DNA of 64,000 nt. Origin: Pseudomonadota bacterium. Lineage in GTDB: Bacteria > Bdellovibrionota > FAC87 > UBA2466. The first letter of the stretch is position 1. Each line of letters begins with the position of its first letter. This document shows positions 35,815 to 46,486 of the stretch, one piece after another. Location of the stretch: positions 1-64,000 of the forward strand of contig JAYUGC010000053.1 in assembly GCA_043767805.1 (NCBI GenBank), in the 5' to 3' direction. A program made the translations under genes and the position numbers. A model generated the notes under the pieces. The model did no database searches. It was not told the DNA's origin and was given only the letters and a program-made list of their open reading frames with translations.

Positions 35815-36768
35815 TCAGGCGGTGCGGCAAAGGTAGGAGCCCGAGAGCCAGTCCACCAGGTTCCGCCCCTTGACGCGAATGACGAGCAGCACGCTCGGAA
35901 CTAAGAGCGCTTCGAAAACGAAGCTGGTCAAAACGCGCATGAGCTTTCGGGCGAAATGACTGTCTCCGGACTGGGTCGTGTAGCTGATGCGAAGTCCCCA
36001 AACCCACATGCCGAAAGTCATGTCTAGGATGCCGACGCCGAGCACGAGGTAACTCATCCAAAGCGTGGCAAATCCTAAAATGGCGAACCGAAGGTAAGCC
36101 GGGTGCTTCATATTCGTAATCAAGCCTTGAGACAGCACGCCCCCTTCTTTGGAAAGAACGGCCGAGGTAATGAGAAGCACGACGGCGAGCAGGGTCAAAA
36201 CGAACGCCTGGTCGATCATGCCCGCGAGCAGGCGGCGAAAGAAGGACGCTTGCGGCACGGGAGGAGGCAACGCCTTGGTCTCTTCCTGGGTTTCCTGAAG
36301 CGCGCGCTCCACATCGGCCGCGCGATCGGCTTTGCGTTCCGCGAAAACGGAACGTTGTGGAATCTCCTTGATGACCGGAGCCGGGTTCATGACGGGTACG
36401 GGCTTCGGCACCACTTCTTCCCGGCGCGCTTCCACGCGCGGACGCTCGGGAACGAGCGGCGGGGAATTTTCCGTCGGAAAGGAATCAAAAAATTTGGTGG
36501 CGTCCGGAACGGGCACGCGGCCCGCAGCGCGCGCCGCGAGAGTAGCGGGTTTAGGGGCGGGAGCTTTGGGAGCGGGAGCTTCTTTCTTGGGAGGATTTCC
36601 CGCAAGGCCCAAGCCGTCGGTGAGCGGGCGAAATGCGCGGCCGAAGTGAGATTCTCCGCCGGCTTCTTCGAGCTCGTCGGCTAAAAACTTTTGAAGCTCG
36701 ACTAGGCTCATCAGCCCAGTCTCTTCGGGAAATGGCTCGTTCCGGTGTTTGTCTCTTGGCGTTTCCAC
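35815..36768 (-). CDS. RDD family membrane protein with a long Pro/Ala-rich N-terminal region
   Basis: ASFFRRLLAGMID, TFGMWVWGLRI, RNLVDWLSG. Confidence 0.8.
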   Translation of the reverse strand: METPRDKHRNEPFPEETGLMSLVELQKFLADELEEAGGESHFGRAFRPLTDGLGLAGNPPKKEAPAPKAPAPKPATLAARAAGRVPVPDATKFFDSFPTENSPPLVPERPRVEARREEVVPKPVPVMNPAPVIKEIPQRSVFAERKADRAADVERALQETQEETKALPPPVPQASFFRRLLAGMIDQAFVLTLLAVVLLITSAVLSKEGGVLSQGLITNMKHPAYLRFAILGFATLWMSYLVLGVGILDMTFGMWVWGLRISYTTQSGDSHFARKLMRVLTSFVFEALLVPSVLLVIRVKGRNLVDWLSGSYLCRTA

Positions 36769-36872
36769 GAAGCTCCGACTTTCAGGGGATATCCCTATTA
36801 AGCCAAAGGCCGCGAATTAAGTAAACGACCTGGACGCCGACACGGCGAGCCATTTCCCTCGAGAGCCTTAAA

Positions 36873-37391
36873 TTACATCGCGAAGATGACGCCGAGCTGG
36901 GGCTGGAACACGCCCGTGCCCCCGATGACGCCGAAACGCGCTTCCGCGTTCAACGCGACCGATTTGCCGAGCTCCACGTTCACGCCCGGGCGAAAGAGAA
37001 GACCAAACTCAGCCGAGGAGCCGGGGCCCGTCGAGAACACGGGTCCAATCATCGCCCCAATAAGCGGGTGAACGGCGGAGTCGATCTCGAACAAATAATA
37101 CGCCTGGGCGAGAAGTGGAATCGTGACCGAGGAAGGCGTGCTGTTGAAGTAAACGCCGACTTCGCCGCCGTAGTAGAGGGGGGTGTCCGCGTTATGACGC
37201 CAGCTCATGCCCGCGGTGACTCCAGGAGACGTCACGCCGCTGCTGGAAAGCAATGCGGCGTCGACCGTGACCGTGCGGCCGCTCGTATCGGGGCCGCCCG
37301 TCGTTTCCGAGACGCCGCCTCTGGCGGCCTGAACGGAAACCGAGAGAAAACTGAAACCCAGTAAAGCTAACATCAAAATTCGCTGCTTCAT
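36873..37391 (-). CDS. Small outer-membrane beta-barrel protein
   Basis: Signal peptide; about 8 amphipathic strands; HPLIG, LGVIFAM terminus. Confidence 0.65.
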   Translation of the reverse strand: MKQRILMLALLGFSFLSVSVQAARGGVSETTGGPDTSGRTVTVDAALLSSSGVTSPGVTAGMSWRHNADTPLYYGGEVGVYFNSTPSSVTIPLLAQAYYLFEIDSAVHPLIGAMIGPVFSTGPGSSAEFGLLFRPGVNVELGKSVALNAEARFGVIGGTGVFQPQLGVIFAM

Positions 37392-37554
37392 CGACGCATC
37401 CTTTTGGTTGGGAACGCGGAAAAACCGCGTCCACGTTTTGCCAAAGGCGGAGCAAAAGTCAGGCCAGCTCTTTTAGCCAGGCCCCTGTCTCATCCTAGAT
37501 ACGACTGCAGCGGAACCGTCTCCAAAAAGAATCAGCACTCGCCGCCACACAAGT

Positions 37555-38274
37555 GTGTTGAATTTGGAACGCGCCTTGCACCACGCGGAAATCATGATGG
37601 GCCATTTACACCTTCCCCAAAAAGAATCTCGAAAATTTCCTGAAACCCGCGTTCCTCCCTCGCTGCATTTTCCGCGGCGGCCGTGGACCGTACCGCCCAC
37701 GGAGATCGCGCCTCGCTCAGGCGTGGCTTTCGTCATGAAGGCGGGGCAGAAGCTCAAAGTAGTCGACGTGCTCGGCGAGCAAGTTGCCGACCTCATCTGC
37801 TTCAACGCCACCGAGATTCAAGAAGTCCTCTCGTCGGGACGAACCATCGATTACAACGGCACCCTTTATCCGAAGCAGGGCGATAAGTTTTATTCCAACC
37901 GCAGCCGCCCGATGTTCACGCTCACCGAAGATACGGTGGGCCGTCATGATTTTCTTTTCACGCCTTGCAGCTCCGATACGTTTCGCATCCTCTACGGCCA
38001 CGAGCACCCTCATCAAGGATGCGAGGGCAATCTCGCGGGAGTGCTCGCAAAATACGGTATTCGGCCCGACGCGATTCCAACCACCTTCAACGTTTTCATG
38101 AACGTGGATTTGGAGCCCGACACGGGAAAGCTGACGGTGAAGCCGCCCAAAAGCCGCGCGGGCGATTACATCGTCATCGAGAGCCACATGGATCTCATCG
38201 TTGGCCTCACCGCCTGCTCGGCAGAGCAGTCCAATAACTATTCCTTCAAGCCGATTCAGTACGAGATCTTTTAA
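37555..38274 (+). CDS. DUF1989 (urea carboxylase-associated) family protein; start uncertain
   Basis: GEQVADL, SSGRT, YSNRS, HDFLFTPC, GCEGN, FNVFMNV, LTACSA. Confidence 0.85.
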   Translation: MLNLERALHHAEIMMGHLHLPQKESRKFPETRVPPSLHFPRRPWTVPPTEIAPRSGVAFVMKAGQKLKVVDVLGEQVADLICFNATEIQEVLSSGRTIDYNGTLYPKQGDKFYSNRSRPMFTLTEDTVGRHDFLFTPCSSDTFRILYGHEHPHQGCEGNLAGVLAKYGIRPDAIPTTFNVFMNVDLEPDTGKLTVKPPKSRAGDYIVIESHMDLIVGLTACSAEQSNNYSFKPIQYEIF

Positions 38275-39095
38275 GTCTCGGTCCAGGGAAAGAGATCGAA
38301 GTTTACCTGGAAGGCTTGCTCGGGCGGCGCCTTTTCAATCCAAGGATCGATCTCTCTTAGAAACTCGAGAAACCTCGACTGCACTTTCTTGTAAGTTTCC
38401 TGATTGGCCGAGAATGCCATGGAAAACCCGTACGCCTTCTCACGCGGCAAAGCTTGCAGCCTTTGCAGGGCGAGAAGCCGCACTTGGTTTCTCCACGCGA
38501 CATAGGCAGCCGAATCCCGAGGCAGGTGAATATTTCTCACCTGCACCCGCATCTTCTCGCCTTCTCGTTTCACGAGCCCCATGCGCTCCAAGTTATCGAG
38601 CACCGGCAAAAGCATCTGCGGATGCAGCCCCAATTCAGTGGCGAGCAAAGTAGGATTCGCGCGATAGCGATCGATGGAGAGGCAAATATGAACGACCTGA
38701 TGAATCGGCTGTAGGTAATACTCGATAATGCCTTCTTCGGTCGCGAGCACCGGCCGATTGGCGAGGGACTTCTCCGATTTGAGATTAGCCTCCTGAATCG
38801 CACTCACCGCCTTCTGCAATTTCTTGCGTCGATCGGGCAACCCCGTGCGAGCGAGCTCGAGCAGCAGGTCTAGGTAGTGCGTCTCTTCTTCCGTCAAACC
38901 TAGAGCACGCGCTGCCATAAAGAGCTGGTCGGTGCTCAAGTGAGCGTCCCCTTTGAGTACCTTCGAGAGGTACGGCTTCTGGACGTGAATCTCCTCGGCA
39001 AGCCGCTGGAAGGTGTAGGAGCGATCGATACGTTTTCGTTCCTCAACAGTTTCCTTCAATATTTCTCGATAATTAGAGCTACTAAAAACATTCAT
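38271..39095 (-). CDS. TIGR02147/DUF4423-type protein with an N-terminal HTH
   Basis: NYREILK..LAEEIHVQKPYLSKVLKG (HTH), YLDLLLELAR, C-terminal AFQVNFDLFPW. Confidence 0.75.
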   Translation of the reverse strand: MNVFSSSNYREILKETVEERKRIDRSYTFQRLAEEIHVQKPYLSKVLKGDAHLSTDQLFMAARALGLTEEETHYLDLLLELARTGLPDRRKKLQKAVSAIQEANLKSEKSLANRPVLATEEGIIEYYLQPIHQVVHICLSIDRYRANPTLLATELGLHPQMLLPVLDNLERMGLVKREGEKMRVQVRNIHLPRDSAAYVAWRNQVRLLALQRLQALPREKAYGFSMAFSANQETYKKVQSRFLEFLREIDPWIEKAPPEQAFQVNFDLFPWTET

Positions 39096-39101
39096 GTCTT
39101 G

Positions 39102-39118
39102 GTTTCCAATCAGGAAAC
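39102..39118. promoter_or_regulatory. Inverted repeat in the divergent promoter region
   Basis: GTTTCC-AATCA-GGAAAC, 6 nt upstream of the HTH gene start. Confidence 0.45.
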
Positions 39119-39234
39119 TTATAGCACATTATGAATTACTTTTTAATATACCTGGGCCTCTGAAAACCCCTATATCTCCTCCCACGATTTGGCCCTGGAA
39201 TCGGAAAACTCGAATCTCTATAAAGGAGCGAATT

Positions 39235-40143
39235 ATGAAACGTGTCATCTTACTCAGCTGCTTCACTGCCCTCTCGGCCATGGCCACCACCGGCGATAAA
39301 TCCTCGGGCGGCGGAGACCCTTTACGCTTCGATTTCGAACAGGGAAAGGACCAGGCCATCTTCATCTTGGACAACCTTTCCGAAGCGTCTTTCGACAAAG
39401 CCTCCGTCGAAGTGCGCAAGTACCTGCTCGAGTACCGCGGTAAATTATCCGGCGACTTGAAGAAGGCGCCTCTCGATTGGGATGCCCCGCAGTCTCAGAA
39501 GACCTGCGCGCATACCGACTTTCGCGAAAACGCCAAGATCGAGCTCTCGTTCGATAAATGCCGCGGGCGCATTTACTCGAAAGAAGACGCGGCCAAAACG
39601 CTCATTCACGAAGCCAGTCATCATTGGGGCGTGACGGACGAAACTTTCGCCGACCAGGTGGCCCTCGCGGCGTACGCGGCTTGGGAATCGAAGAAACTCG
39701 CCTCCATCCCGACCTGCCAAGGCCACGAGCTCATCGCCGAAGCGCTTCCCGGAGAGTGGCAAGTCAACAACGGCATCAGCCGGCTCTTGCCTGGTGGCGT
39801 ACCCACGAAGTTCCAGACTCTTAAGTTAACGAACGATCCGACGGCGATTGCGAAAATTCCTGGCGTCGGCCTCTGTTCTTTCGTCTCGGGGGTTATGACG
39901 TTCGAGGAAAACGGAAAGGCCGTTTATGGCCCTCTTCCGTACATGCTGACCGAAGCGCACGGAAAACTCTTCCTAATGTCGTTCAAGGACGGCGGCGATG
40001 GCACCTTCAACTCCGAAGCGAACATGGTCACCTACTTCACGGAACGTGCGAAAGCGCCCCGAGGTGTGCTTTTCGTGGGCGGAGATCATGACGACGAGTC
40101 CGTCACCGCGTATGAGAAAAAGGCGCCGCTGAAAAAGCCCTAG
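39235..40143 (+). CDS. Secreted protein with a GGGD motif and a zincin HExxH motif
   Basis: AAGGAG RBS; signal MKRVILLSCFTALSAMA; SSGGGD; LIHEASHHWG. Start moved from 39094 to 39235. Confidence 0.75.
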   Translation: MKRVILLSCFTALSAMATTGDKSSGGGDPLRFDFEQGKDQAIFILDNLSEASFDKASVEVRKYLLEYRGKLSGDLKKAPLDWDAPQSQKTCAHTDFRENAKIELSFDKCRGRIYSKEDAAKTLIHEASHHWGVTDETFADQVALAAYAAWESKKLASIPTCQGHELIAEALPGEWQVNNGISRLLPGGVPTKFQTLKLTNDPTAIAKIPGVGLCSFVSGVMTFEENGKAVYGPLPYMLTEAHGKLFLMSFKDGGDGTFNSEANMVTYFTERAKAPRGVLFVGGDHDDESVTAYEKKAPLKKP

Positions 40144-43100
40144 CCGAAATCAAAGCCCAAGAGGCCGCACACGCGCTGGATCTCTCTCAACTGTGAGCTC
40201 CACGACGTGTCGGCCGCTTCGAAGACCAGCTTCTGATCGGGCGTGACGGAGAACTTCTTCGACTTGTCCGACACGAGTTTCACGATGCTCTCGGGCGTCA
40301 CTGGTGTTGTCGAGGCGAACTGTAACGAGGTTCGCTTCGGCCCAACCCCCATCCGCACGACATGGAGGCGCTTCAGATAGAGCTTAATCCGCATTAACCC
40401 GAGGAGGTTAGCCACTTCCTCGGGCGGCGGACCAAACCGGTCACGCACTTCCCGCTCGGTCTCCGCCACTTGCCCTTCCTGCTCCACGCTCGACAATCGA
40501 CGATATAAGTTGATGCGCTCGGTGATGTCCGGAATATAGTACTCGGGAAAGAAGGCCGGGATACGAAGGTTGATCTCGGGCTCCACTTCGATTCGCCGCT
40601 CCTGCCCGCGTAGCTCACGCATGGAGTCTTCCAAAAGCTCGAAGTAGTAGTCGACGCCGATGGCGGTGAGATAGCCCGACTGGTCGGAGCCCAAAAGATC
40701 GCCCGCGCCTCTTAGCTCTAGATCGTGGCTCGCCACCTGAAAGCCCGCGCCCAGATCGGTGTAGCGCTGGAGAACTTGAAGACGCTCTTTGGCGTCTTCC
40801 GTGATCTGGGCCTCGTCGTGAACGAGCAGATAGCAATAAGCCCGGCGCTCCGATCGGCCGACTCGCCCCCGCAGCTGATAGAGCTGGGCCAAACCGAAAT
40901 GATCCGCGCGGTCGATGAGGATAGTGTTGGCGCGGGAGATATCGAGTCCCGACTCGATGATGGCGGTGGAAAGCAAAATCTTCGCGTCTCCCTGATAGAA
41001 CGCGAGCATTCGCTTCTCGAGCACATCCGCATCCATCTGGCCATGGACGACCTCGATGCGAACGCGCGGTAAGAGCTTTTGCAGCTCTTGGGCGACCTTT
41101 GCTTGAGTCTCGATGCGGTTATGGACGAAAAAGACCTGCCCGTCGCGGGCAAGCTCGTTACTGACCGCTTCGGCGATGAGCTCGTCCGTGCGGCGAGCGA
41201 CGAAGGTACGAACCGATAGCCGGTCGGGGGGAGGCGTCGTGATGATGGAGATATCCTTGATTCCGCTCATGGCCATGTTGAGCGTGCGCGGTATGGGGGT
41301 AGCCGTCATGGTCAGGTAATGTACGGACTCCGAAATCTTCTTAAGCCGCTCTTTGTGAATGACACCAAAACGATGTTCCTCGTCAACAATCACCAGGCCC
41401 AGGGCCTTGAACTCGACGTCGGTCGAAAGGATGCGGTGCGTGCCGATGATGATGTCGATGCTGCCCTCTTTGAGGTGCTGCAAGGTGAGCTTTGTTTCGC
41501 TATTGGTGCGCAGGCGGCTGATCATCTCGACTTTGGCGCCGCTGGGCAAAAACCGCTTCTTGAAGTTCTCGAAATGCTGAAAGGCGAGCACGGTCGTGGG
41601 AACGAGAATCGCGACTTGTTTACCGTCGTTGATGGCGCGGAAGGTGGCACGCATGGCGACTTCCGTCTTGCCGTAGCCCACGTCGCCGCAAATGAGCCGA
41701 TCCATGGGGTGTGATTTTCCCAAATCCGCCATTACGTCGTTGATGGCCTTCATCTGATCGGGAGTCTCGTCGAAAGCGAACTCCATCTCGAACTGCGCGT
41801 ACTCTTTGCCGGTGGGCGGGAAAGCGTGCGCGGGGATGAGCCGGCGCTTCGCCTGCATTTTCAAGAACTCGGCGGCGAGTAGCGCCACCGCTTTCTGCGC
41901 TTTTCGTTTAGCTTTCGTCCAGCGCTCTCCGCCAAGCTTATCGACCGAAAGAGAGCCCGCCCCCTCGCCGCCGACGTACTTCTGCAAAACGTTCAAGCGG
42001 TAGATGGGGACGTAGAGCTTGTCGCCGTCCTTATATTCGAGCACGACGAAATCGTTCGGCACTTCCTGAACGAGCATGGATTTCAGGCCCATGTATTTGC
42101 CGATGCCATGCTCCTTATGCACGACGAGGTCGCCTGTCTTCAGATCGCGAAAGGATTGCAGCAGGCGAGCCGGGTCCGCTTTCGAAGTCCAGGACGCGGC
42201 CTTCGCGGGACGCTTCTTCTGGCCGAAAACTTCTTCCTCACTGAGAACGACTAGTTTCAGCTCCGGGTACACCTGGCTGTGGGATACAAACCCCTGCCAA
42301 AGATGCACGTCACCGAAATCTTCCTCGAGCATCTCGTCGAGCGGAGCCTCCTCGCTTAGGTGATGCGTGCAAGAAATGTCGTAAGGCTCAATGAGCATCT
42401 GAAACCGCTCGGCGTGCGTGCGCGTGTGGCAGACGAGATTTACTCGGTAACCCAGATCCATCCATTCTTTGATTTTCTGAGAGGCCCCGAAAAGCAAAGC
42501 CTGGGAGCCCTTGCCGGGATTTGAGCTCTGAAGACGCGCTTCGCTCCGCTTAATCGGTATTTCAGAGGCATGTCCCGAGGCAAAGGTTTCGAAGCTCGCA
42601 TTCGAGCGCTCGGCAATGAGCGCCTTGTACTCGGCGAGCGTGACGAAAAGCTCGTTCTTCTTCGCAATCGGGATGGGCTCTTTTTCGTAGAGCTCGTAGT
42701 TCTTATCGAGGGCGGGAATCTCGGTGTCTTCGGCAATGGATGCCGATTGCGCGAATCCATCCCAGAGTAGAAAGGTATCCTTCGGAAAATATTCGAGTGG
42801 GCTCGCCGATCCTTTAGAGAGCAGTGGAAAGAGAAGGCCCAGCTCCGGAAAACTCTGGTGATTGGCGATCTTCTCTAAAATCTCCTCGCGGCGGTGTTTC
42901 GCTACCCCCAGGTTGTCGAGCCGCTCTTTGATGCGAAGAGACGCGTCTTGAAAGGCCTCTCCGTGAGGCAGGAGTGTTTGCCCGACGGGAACAACGAGCG
43001 CCGTTTCCACCTTTTCGGCGGAAAGCTGACTCTGCGGATCGAAGAAGCGAATCTCTTCGACGAGATCGCCGAAGAACTCCAAACGAAACGGCTTGGGATA

Positions 43101-43658
43101 GAGCGGGCAAAAAATATCGATGACGCCGCCGCGAATCGCAAAGACACCGGGGTCATAGGCGGACGGCTGATTTTGATAGCCCGCTTCGTGGAGTGAAAGA
43201 ATGAACTTATCGCGGTCGAGCTCTTCGTTACTTCTCAACGTCACTACCGAGCGGCGAAACTCCTCGCGAGGCACGACTTTCTGCAAAACCGAACGGACCG
43301 TCGTGAAAAAGACCCGGCCCTCGGGGTCGGTCATCGCATGGTAGAGCGAAACATTTCGCTCAAATAGCGTTTCGGGATTGGGAAGTAACCCCCGGTAGAA
43401 ATCGAAATCGACGCAAGGCAGGTAGTGCGCGTGCTTGCCGCTTCTTCCGCCCGCGAAAAAACAGAAGTTGTCGAGCGCGTTGCGGGCCGCTGAGCGCGAC
43501 GGCAACACGACGACGATAGGCCGGCGGATTCTCTGGGCAAGCGCGGATACCGCCAAAGCCTTTGAGAGCTCGTCGAATCCGGCGAAGCGGGAACCCGCCT
43601 TCGGCGCTCCTTCGCCTTCCATCAACCATTTTTCAAAGGTGAGATCGCCGGAAGCCAC
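40140..43658 (-). CDS. mfd: Transcription-repair coupling factor
   Basis: UvrB-like N-terminus, CarD/RID domain, [32 protein letters not shown] domain. Confidence 0.98.
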   Translation of the reverse strand: MASGDLTFEKWLMEGEGAPKAGSRFAGFDELSKALAVSALAQRIRRPIVVVLPSRSAARNALDNFCFFAGGRSGKHAHYLPCVDFDFYRGLLPNPETLFERNVSLYHAMTDPEGRVFFTTVRSVLQKVVPREEFRRSVVTLRSNEELDRDKFILSLHEAGYQNQPSAYDPGVFAIRGGVIDIFCPLYPKPFRLEFFGDLVEEIRFFDPQSQLSAEKVETALVVPVGQTLLPHGEAFQDASLRIKERLDNLGVAKHRREEILEKIANHQSFPELGLLFPLLSKGSASPLEYFPKDTFLLWDGFAQSASIAEDTEIPALDKNYELYEKEPIPIAKKNELFVTLAEYKALIAERSNASFETFASGHASEIPIKRSEARLQSSNPGKGSQALLFGASQKIKEWMDLGYRVNLVCHTRTHAERFQMLIEPYDISCTHHLSEEAPLDEMLEEDFGDVHLWQGFVSHSQVYPELKLVVLSEEEVFGQKKRPAKAASWTSKADPARLLQSFRDLKTGDLVVHKEHGIGKYMGLKSMLVQEVPNDFVVLEYKDGDKLYVPIYRLNVLQKYVGGEGAGSLSVDKLGGERWTKAKRKAQKAVALLAAEFLKMQAKRRLIPAHAFPPTGKEYAQFEMEFAFDETPDQMKAINDVMADLGKSHPMDRLICGDVGYGKTEVAMRATFRAINDGKQVAILVPTTVLAFQHFENFKKRFLPSGAKVEMISRLRTNSETKLTLQHLKEGSIDIIIGTHRILSTDVEFKALGLVIVDEEHRFGVIHKERLKKISESVHYLTMTATPIPRTLNMAMSGIKDISIITTPPPDRLSVRTFVARRTDELIAEAVSNELARDGQVFFVHNRIETQAKVAQELQKLLPRVRIEVVHGQMDADVLEKRMLAFYQGDAKILLSTAIIESGLDISRANTILIDRADHFGLAQLYQLRGRVGRSERRAYCYLLVHDEAQITEDAKERLQVLQRYTDLGAGFQVASHDLELRGAGDLLGSDQSGYLTAIGVDYYFELLEDSMRELRGQERRIEVEPEINLRIPAFFPEYYIPDITERINLYRRLSSVEQEGQVAETEREVRDRFGPPPEEVANLLGLMRIKLYLKRLHVVRMGVGPKRTSLQFASTTPVTPESIVKLVSDKSKKFSVTPDQKLVFEAADTSWSSQLREIQRVCGLLGFDFG

Positions 43659-44657
43659 TTACGCCCATTCGTGTTTGAGATCGCGGCTCATGAGCTCGGA
43701 GACCGCTCTTTGAGGCGTGCTGCCTTCGTACAGAATTCGATATACCTGATCCATGATCGGCATGTCGATGCCCCGGCTCGCGGCAAGTTCGTGCGCCGAC
43801 TGCGCGGTGTAATAACCTTCGGCGACACCGCCCAAAGCTTTCTGCGCTTCTTCCAGACGTTTCCCCTCGGCAAGTAAAACGCCGAGCTTCCGGTTACGAC
43901 TCAAAGGACCCGTGCAGGTCAAAACTAAATCGCCCATCCCGGCGAGTCCCAGGAAAGTGCGCGGATCGGCGCCGAGTTGTTTTCCGGCGCGCGCCATCTC
44001 GGCGATGCCGCGGTTGATGATCGCGGCTTGTGCGTTGTAGCCAAGCTGAAGGCCGCTCACCATGCCGGACGCAATCGCAATCACGTTCTTCAAAGCGCCC
44101 GCGAGCTCAACCCCGATGACGTCCTGGCTCCAGTAAGCGCGAAAGTAAGGCGTCGCCATCATCTTCTGCAAATCACCCGCGAGTTTTTCATCGCGGCACG
44201 CGACGGTGACCGCGGTGGGAAGCCGCTTCACGGTTTCCAAAGCAAAGCTAGGTCCGGAGACGATGAGATATTTCGCTTCCGGAATGATCTCCGTGAAAAT
44301 CTCGCTTACCCGCTTGTGAGTTGCGATCTCGATGCCCTTACAAGTATTGACGATGTTTTTACCCGAGACCTGGGCCGCGATGGGCCCAAACACGTTTCGG
44401 ATTTGCTGAGTGGGAATCGCGCAGACGATCCAAGAGGTCGTGGCAATGAGCGCGTTGAGATCCGTCGACGCTTTCAGCGTTTCATTGAGCCGGAGGCCCG
44501 CGAGGTATTTCGGATTTTCGTGGCGCTCATGGATCGAGCGGGCAAGTTCCGCGTCCCGGCTCCAGAGCGTTACCGGGTGACCCGCGTCGGCGAAAACATT
44601 CGCCATCGCCGTTCCCCACGCTCCTGCTCCGACGACAACGACTGGCTGCTTATCCAT
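43659..44657 (-). CDS. gpsA: NAD(P)H-dependent glycerol-3-phosphate dehydrogenase
   Basis: GAGAWGTA, KGIE, SGPSFA, GALKNVIAIA, GDLVLTC..SRN. Confidence 0.97.
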   Translation of the reverse strand: MDKQPVVVVGAGAWGTAMANVFADAGHPVTLWSRDAELARSIHERHENPKYLAGLRLNETLKASTDLNALIATTSWIVCAIPTQQIRNVFGPIAAQVSGKNIVNTCKGIEIATHKRVSEIFTEIIPEAKYLIVSGPSFALETVKRLPTAVTVACRDEKLAGDLQKMMATPYFRAYWSQDVIGVELAGALKNVIAIASGMVSGLQLGYNAQAAIINRGIAEMARAGKQLGADPRTFLGLAGMGDLVLTCTGPLSRNRKLGVLLAEGKRLEEAQKALGGVAEGYYTAQSAHELAASRGIDMPIMDQVYRILYEGSTPQRAVSELMSRDLKHEWA

Positions 44658-44761
44658 TTATGCGCCTCCCAAGAGATCGAATGTGAAGATTAGCCTACGC
44701 ATCTGGGGGTGGGCAAAGTCATCTTTCGAACGGGCGGAATCCTGCCGTAAAAAGCCCAGAA

Positions 44762-44791
44762 GCCGGGGTCCGGGAAAACCTGGGCCCCGGC
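44762..44791. repeat. Strong GC hairpin in the gpsA/nuoA divergent intergenic region
   Basis: GCCGGGGTCCGGG-AAAA-CCTGGGCCCCGGC (13-bp stem with G-U pairs); no U-tract. Confidence 0.55.
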
Positions 44792-44849
44792 ATTCCCCAT
44801 TCCTCGTCGACACATCACGGCAAACCCGCGAAAACACAGCATCTCAGGC

Positions 44850-44879
44850 TTGACAATAACCTTAACCGGACGATAAGGT
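44850..44879 (+). promoter_or_regulatory. Candidate sigma70 promoter of the nuo operon
   Basis: TTGACA-N18-TAAGGT, 50 nt upstream of nuoA. Confidence 0.5.
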
Positions 44880-44929
44880 CTCGTCGTTAATTTTTAATTT
44901 CAACTACTTAGCCGCGGAGCTGTCACCTG

Positions 44930-45334
44930 TTGGAAACTGGATACATCACGGTCTTCTGGTTCGTGGTTTTCTCCTGTTTGACCGTTCCTTTGATGTTGGG
45001 AATCGGCTGGATCCTACGGCCGAAGCACACGCCCAAGGGTAAAGAAGCGCTTCCCTACGAGTGCGGCGAAGAGCCGACCGGTCCCGCCTGGGTACAGTTC
45101 AACATTCGCTTTTACGTGGTCGCCATCGTCTTCCTCATTTTCGACGTGGAGCTCGTGGCCCTTTATCCGGCGGCCGTTCTCTATAAGGACGCTATCAATA
45201 ACGGCACCGGGGCTTTGGTTTTCGCAGAGATTTTCCTGTTCGTGGGGCTCCTCCTTGTGGGCCTCCTCTATTGTTGGGTTCGTGGAGACTTGGAGTGGGT
45301 TAAGGGCATCATCAAGATCGCCCCCCAGAAATAA
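44930..45334 (+). CDS. nuoA: NADH-quinone oxidoreductase subunit A
   Basis: PYECGEEP, FYVVAIVFLIFDVE, GDLEW. Confidence 0.96.
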   Translation: METGYITVFWFVVFSCLTVPLMLGIGWILRPKHTPKGKEALPYECGEEPTGPAWVQFNIRFYVVAIVFLIFDVELVALYPAAVLYKDAINNGTGALVFAEIFLFVGLLLVGLLYCWVRGDLEWVKGIIKIAPQK

Positions 45335-45337
45335 CCA

Positions 45338-46483
45338 ATGGTACAAAGCGCAGCCTTTGCACAGTCCCTGCAGACCTGGGTGGGCCTCGGCCCCCTGTGG
45401 ATGTGGGCCGCCCTTTCGGCCTTACTGATCATCTATCTCTTGGCTCTGCCGTTCGGCGGTTTGGCCACGTACGTAGAGCGTAAGGTTTCGGCCGACATGC
45501 AGGACCGCATCGGTCCGAACCGGGTCGGTCCCCTCGGCATCCTGCAGTTTCTCGCCGACGCCGTGAAAATGATTTCGAAGCAGGATTTCGTTCCGCCCGA
45601 CGGCGATCGCTTCCTGTACGGCCTCGCCCCCATTCTGGTGGTCGGCGGCGTTTGCTCGGCCTTCGCCGTGCTTCCCCTCAGCCAGTACTTGATGGGCGCG
45701 GATATCGACATTGGCGTCTTCTACATGTTCGCCTGCAGCACCATCGTGGCGCCCGGCATCTTGCTCGGCTCCTGGTCGTCTGCGAACAAGTGGTCGCTTC
45801 TCGGAGGCCTTCGCGCCGCCGCTCAAATCGTCAGCTACGAAATCCCGGTGGCGCTTGCCATCGCGCCCATCATCTTGATCTCGGGCTCTCTTCGGGTCGG
45901 CAGCATCGTCGAGCAGCAAGGCTGGATTTGGTCGGGCGAAAACCCGTTGAACGCCCACTTCTGGAACGTGTTTCACAACCCGTTCTGCTTCGTGGCCTTC
46001 TTCCTCCTTTTCATCTCAGGCCTCGCCGAAACGAACCGCATTCCCTTCGACTTACCGGAAGCGGAATCGGAGCTCGTCTCCGGCTTCAACACGGAATTCT
46101 CCGGCATGCGCTTCGGCCTCTATGCCTTGGGCGAGTTCTGCGAAGTGTTCGTGATGTGCGCCCTAGCCGTCGCGCTTTATCTCGGCGGCTGGCATCTGCC
46201 CTTCTTAAATCTCGATGCCCTCTGGATCAAGCTCCCCACGGGACTCATCGCGCTCATTCAGTTCACGGTTTTCATGGCCAAGGTGCTCTTCCTGGTTTTC
46301 GTGGTCATGTGGTTGCGCTGGACTTTGCCCCGCCTTCGGGTCGACCAGCTCATGGGTTTCTGCTGGAAGGGTCTCGTGCCCTTGTCTCTCATCAACCTGC
46401 TCGGCACCGCGGTTTGGATGTGGGTGTTTCACAACAAATCGCTTATCCAGCTCGTTCTCGGCGCTGGCGGCGGGGGACACTGA
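45338..46483 (+). CDS. nuoH: NADH-quinone oxidoreductase subunit H
   Basis: ERKV..MQDRIGPN, SYEIP, ETNRIPFDLPEAESELVSG, PRLRVDQL. Confidence 0.97.
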   Translation: MVQSAAFAQSLQTWVGLGPLWMWAALSALLIIYLLALPFGGLATYVERKVSADMQDRIGPNRVGPLGILQFLADAVKMISKQDFVPPDGDRFLYGLAPILVVGGVCSAFAVLPLSQYLMGADIDIGVFYMFACSTIVAPGILLGSWSSANKWSLLGGLRAAAQIVSYEIPVALAIAPIILISGSLRVGSIVEQQGWIWSGENPLNAHFWNVFHNPFCFVAFFLLFISGLAETNRIPFDLPEAESELVSGFNTEFSGMRFGLYALGEFCEVFVMCALAVALYLGGWHLPFLNLDALWIKLPTGLIALIQFTVFMAKVLFLVFVVMWLRWTLPRLRVDQLMGFCWKGLVPLSLINLLGTAVWMWVFHNKSLIQLVLGAGGGGH

Positions 46484-46486
46484 TTT

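Noticed and set aside
37392..37600. Guanidine riboswitch upstream of the DUF1989 gene
   Set aside because: No paired ACGR-loop hairpins or ykkC-type consensus could be identified by eye; an Rfam scan would be needed.
39113..39140. Possible dif site (…TTATAGCACATTATGAATTAC)
   Set aside because: Only the TTATG core resembles the XerD arm; spacer and arms do not fit the 11-6-11 consensus.
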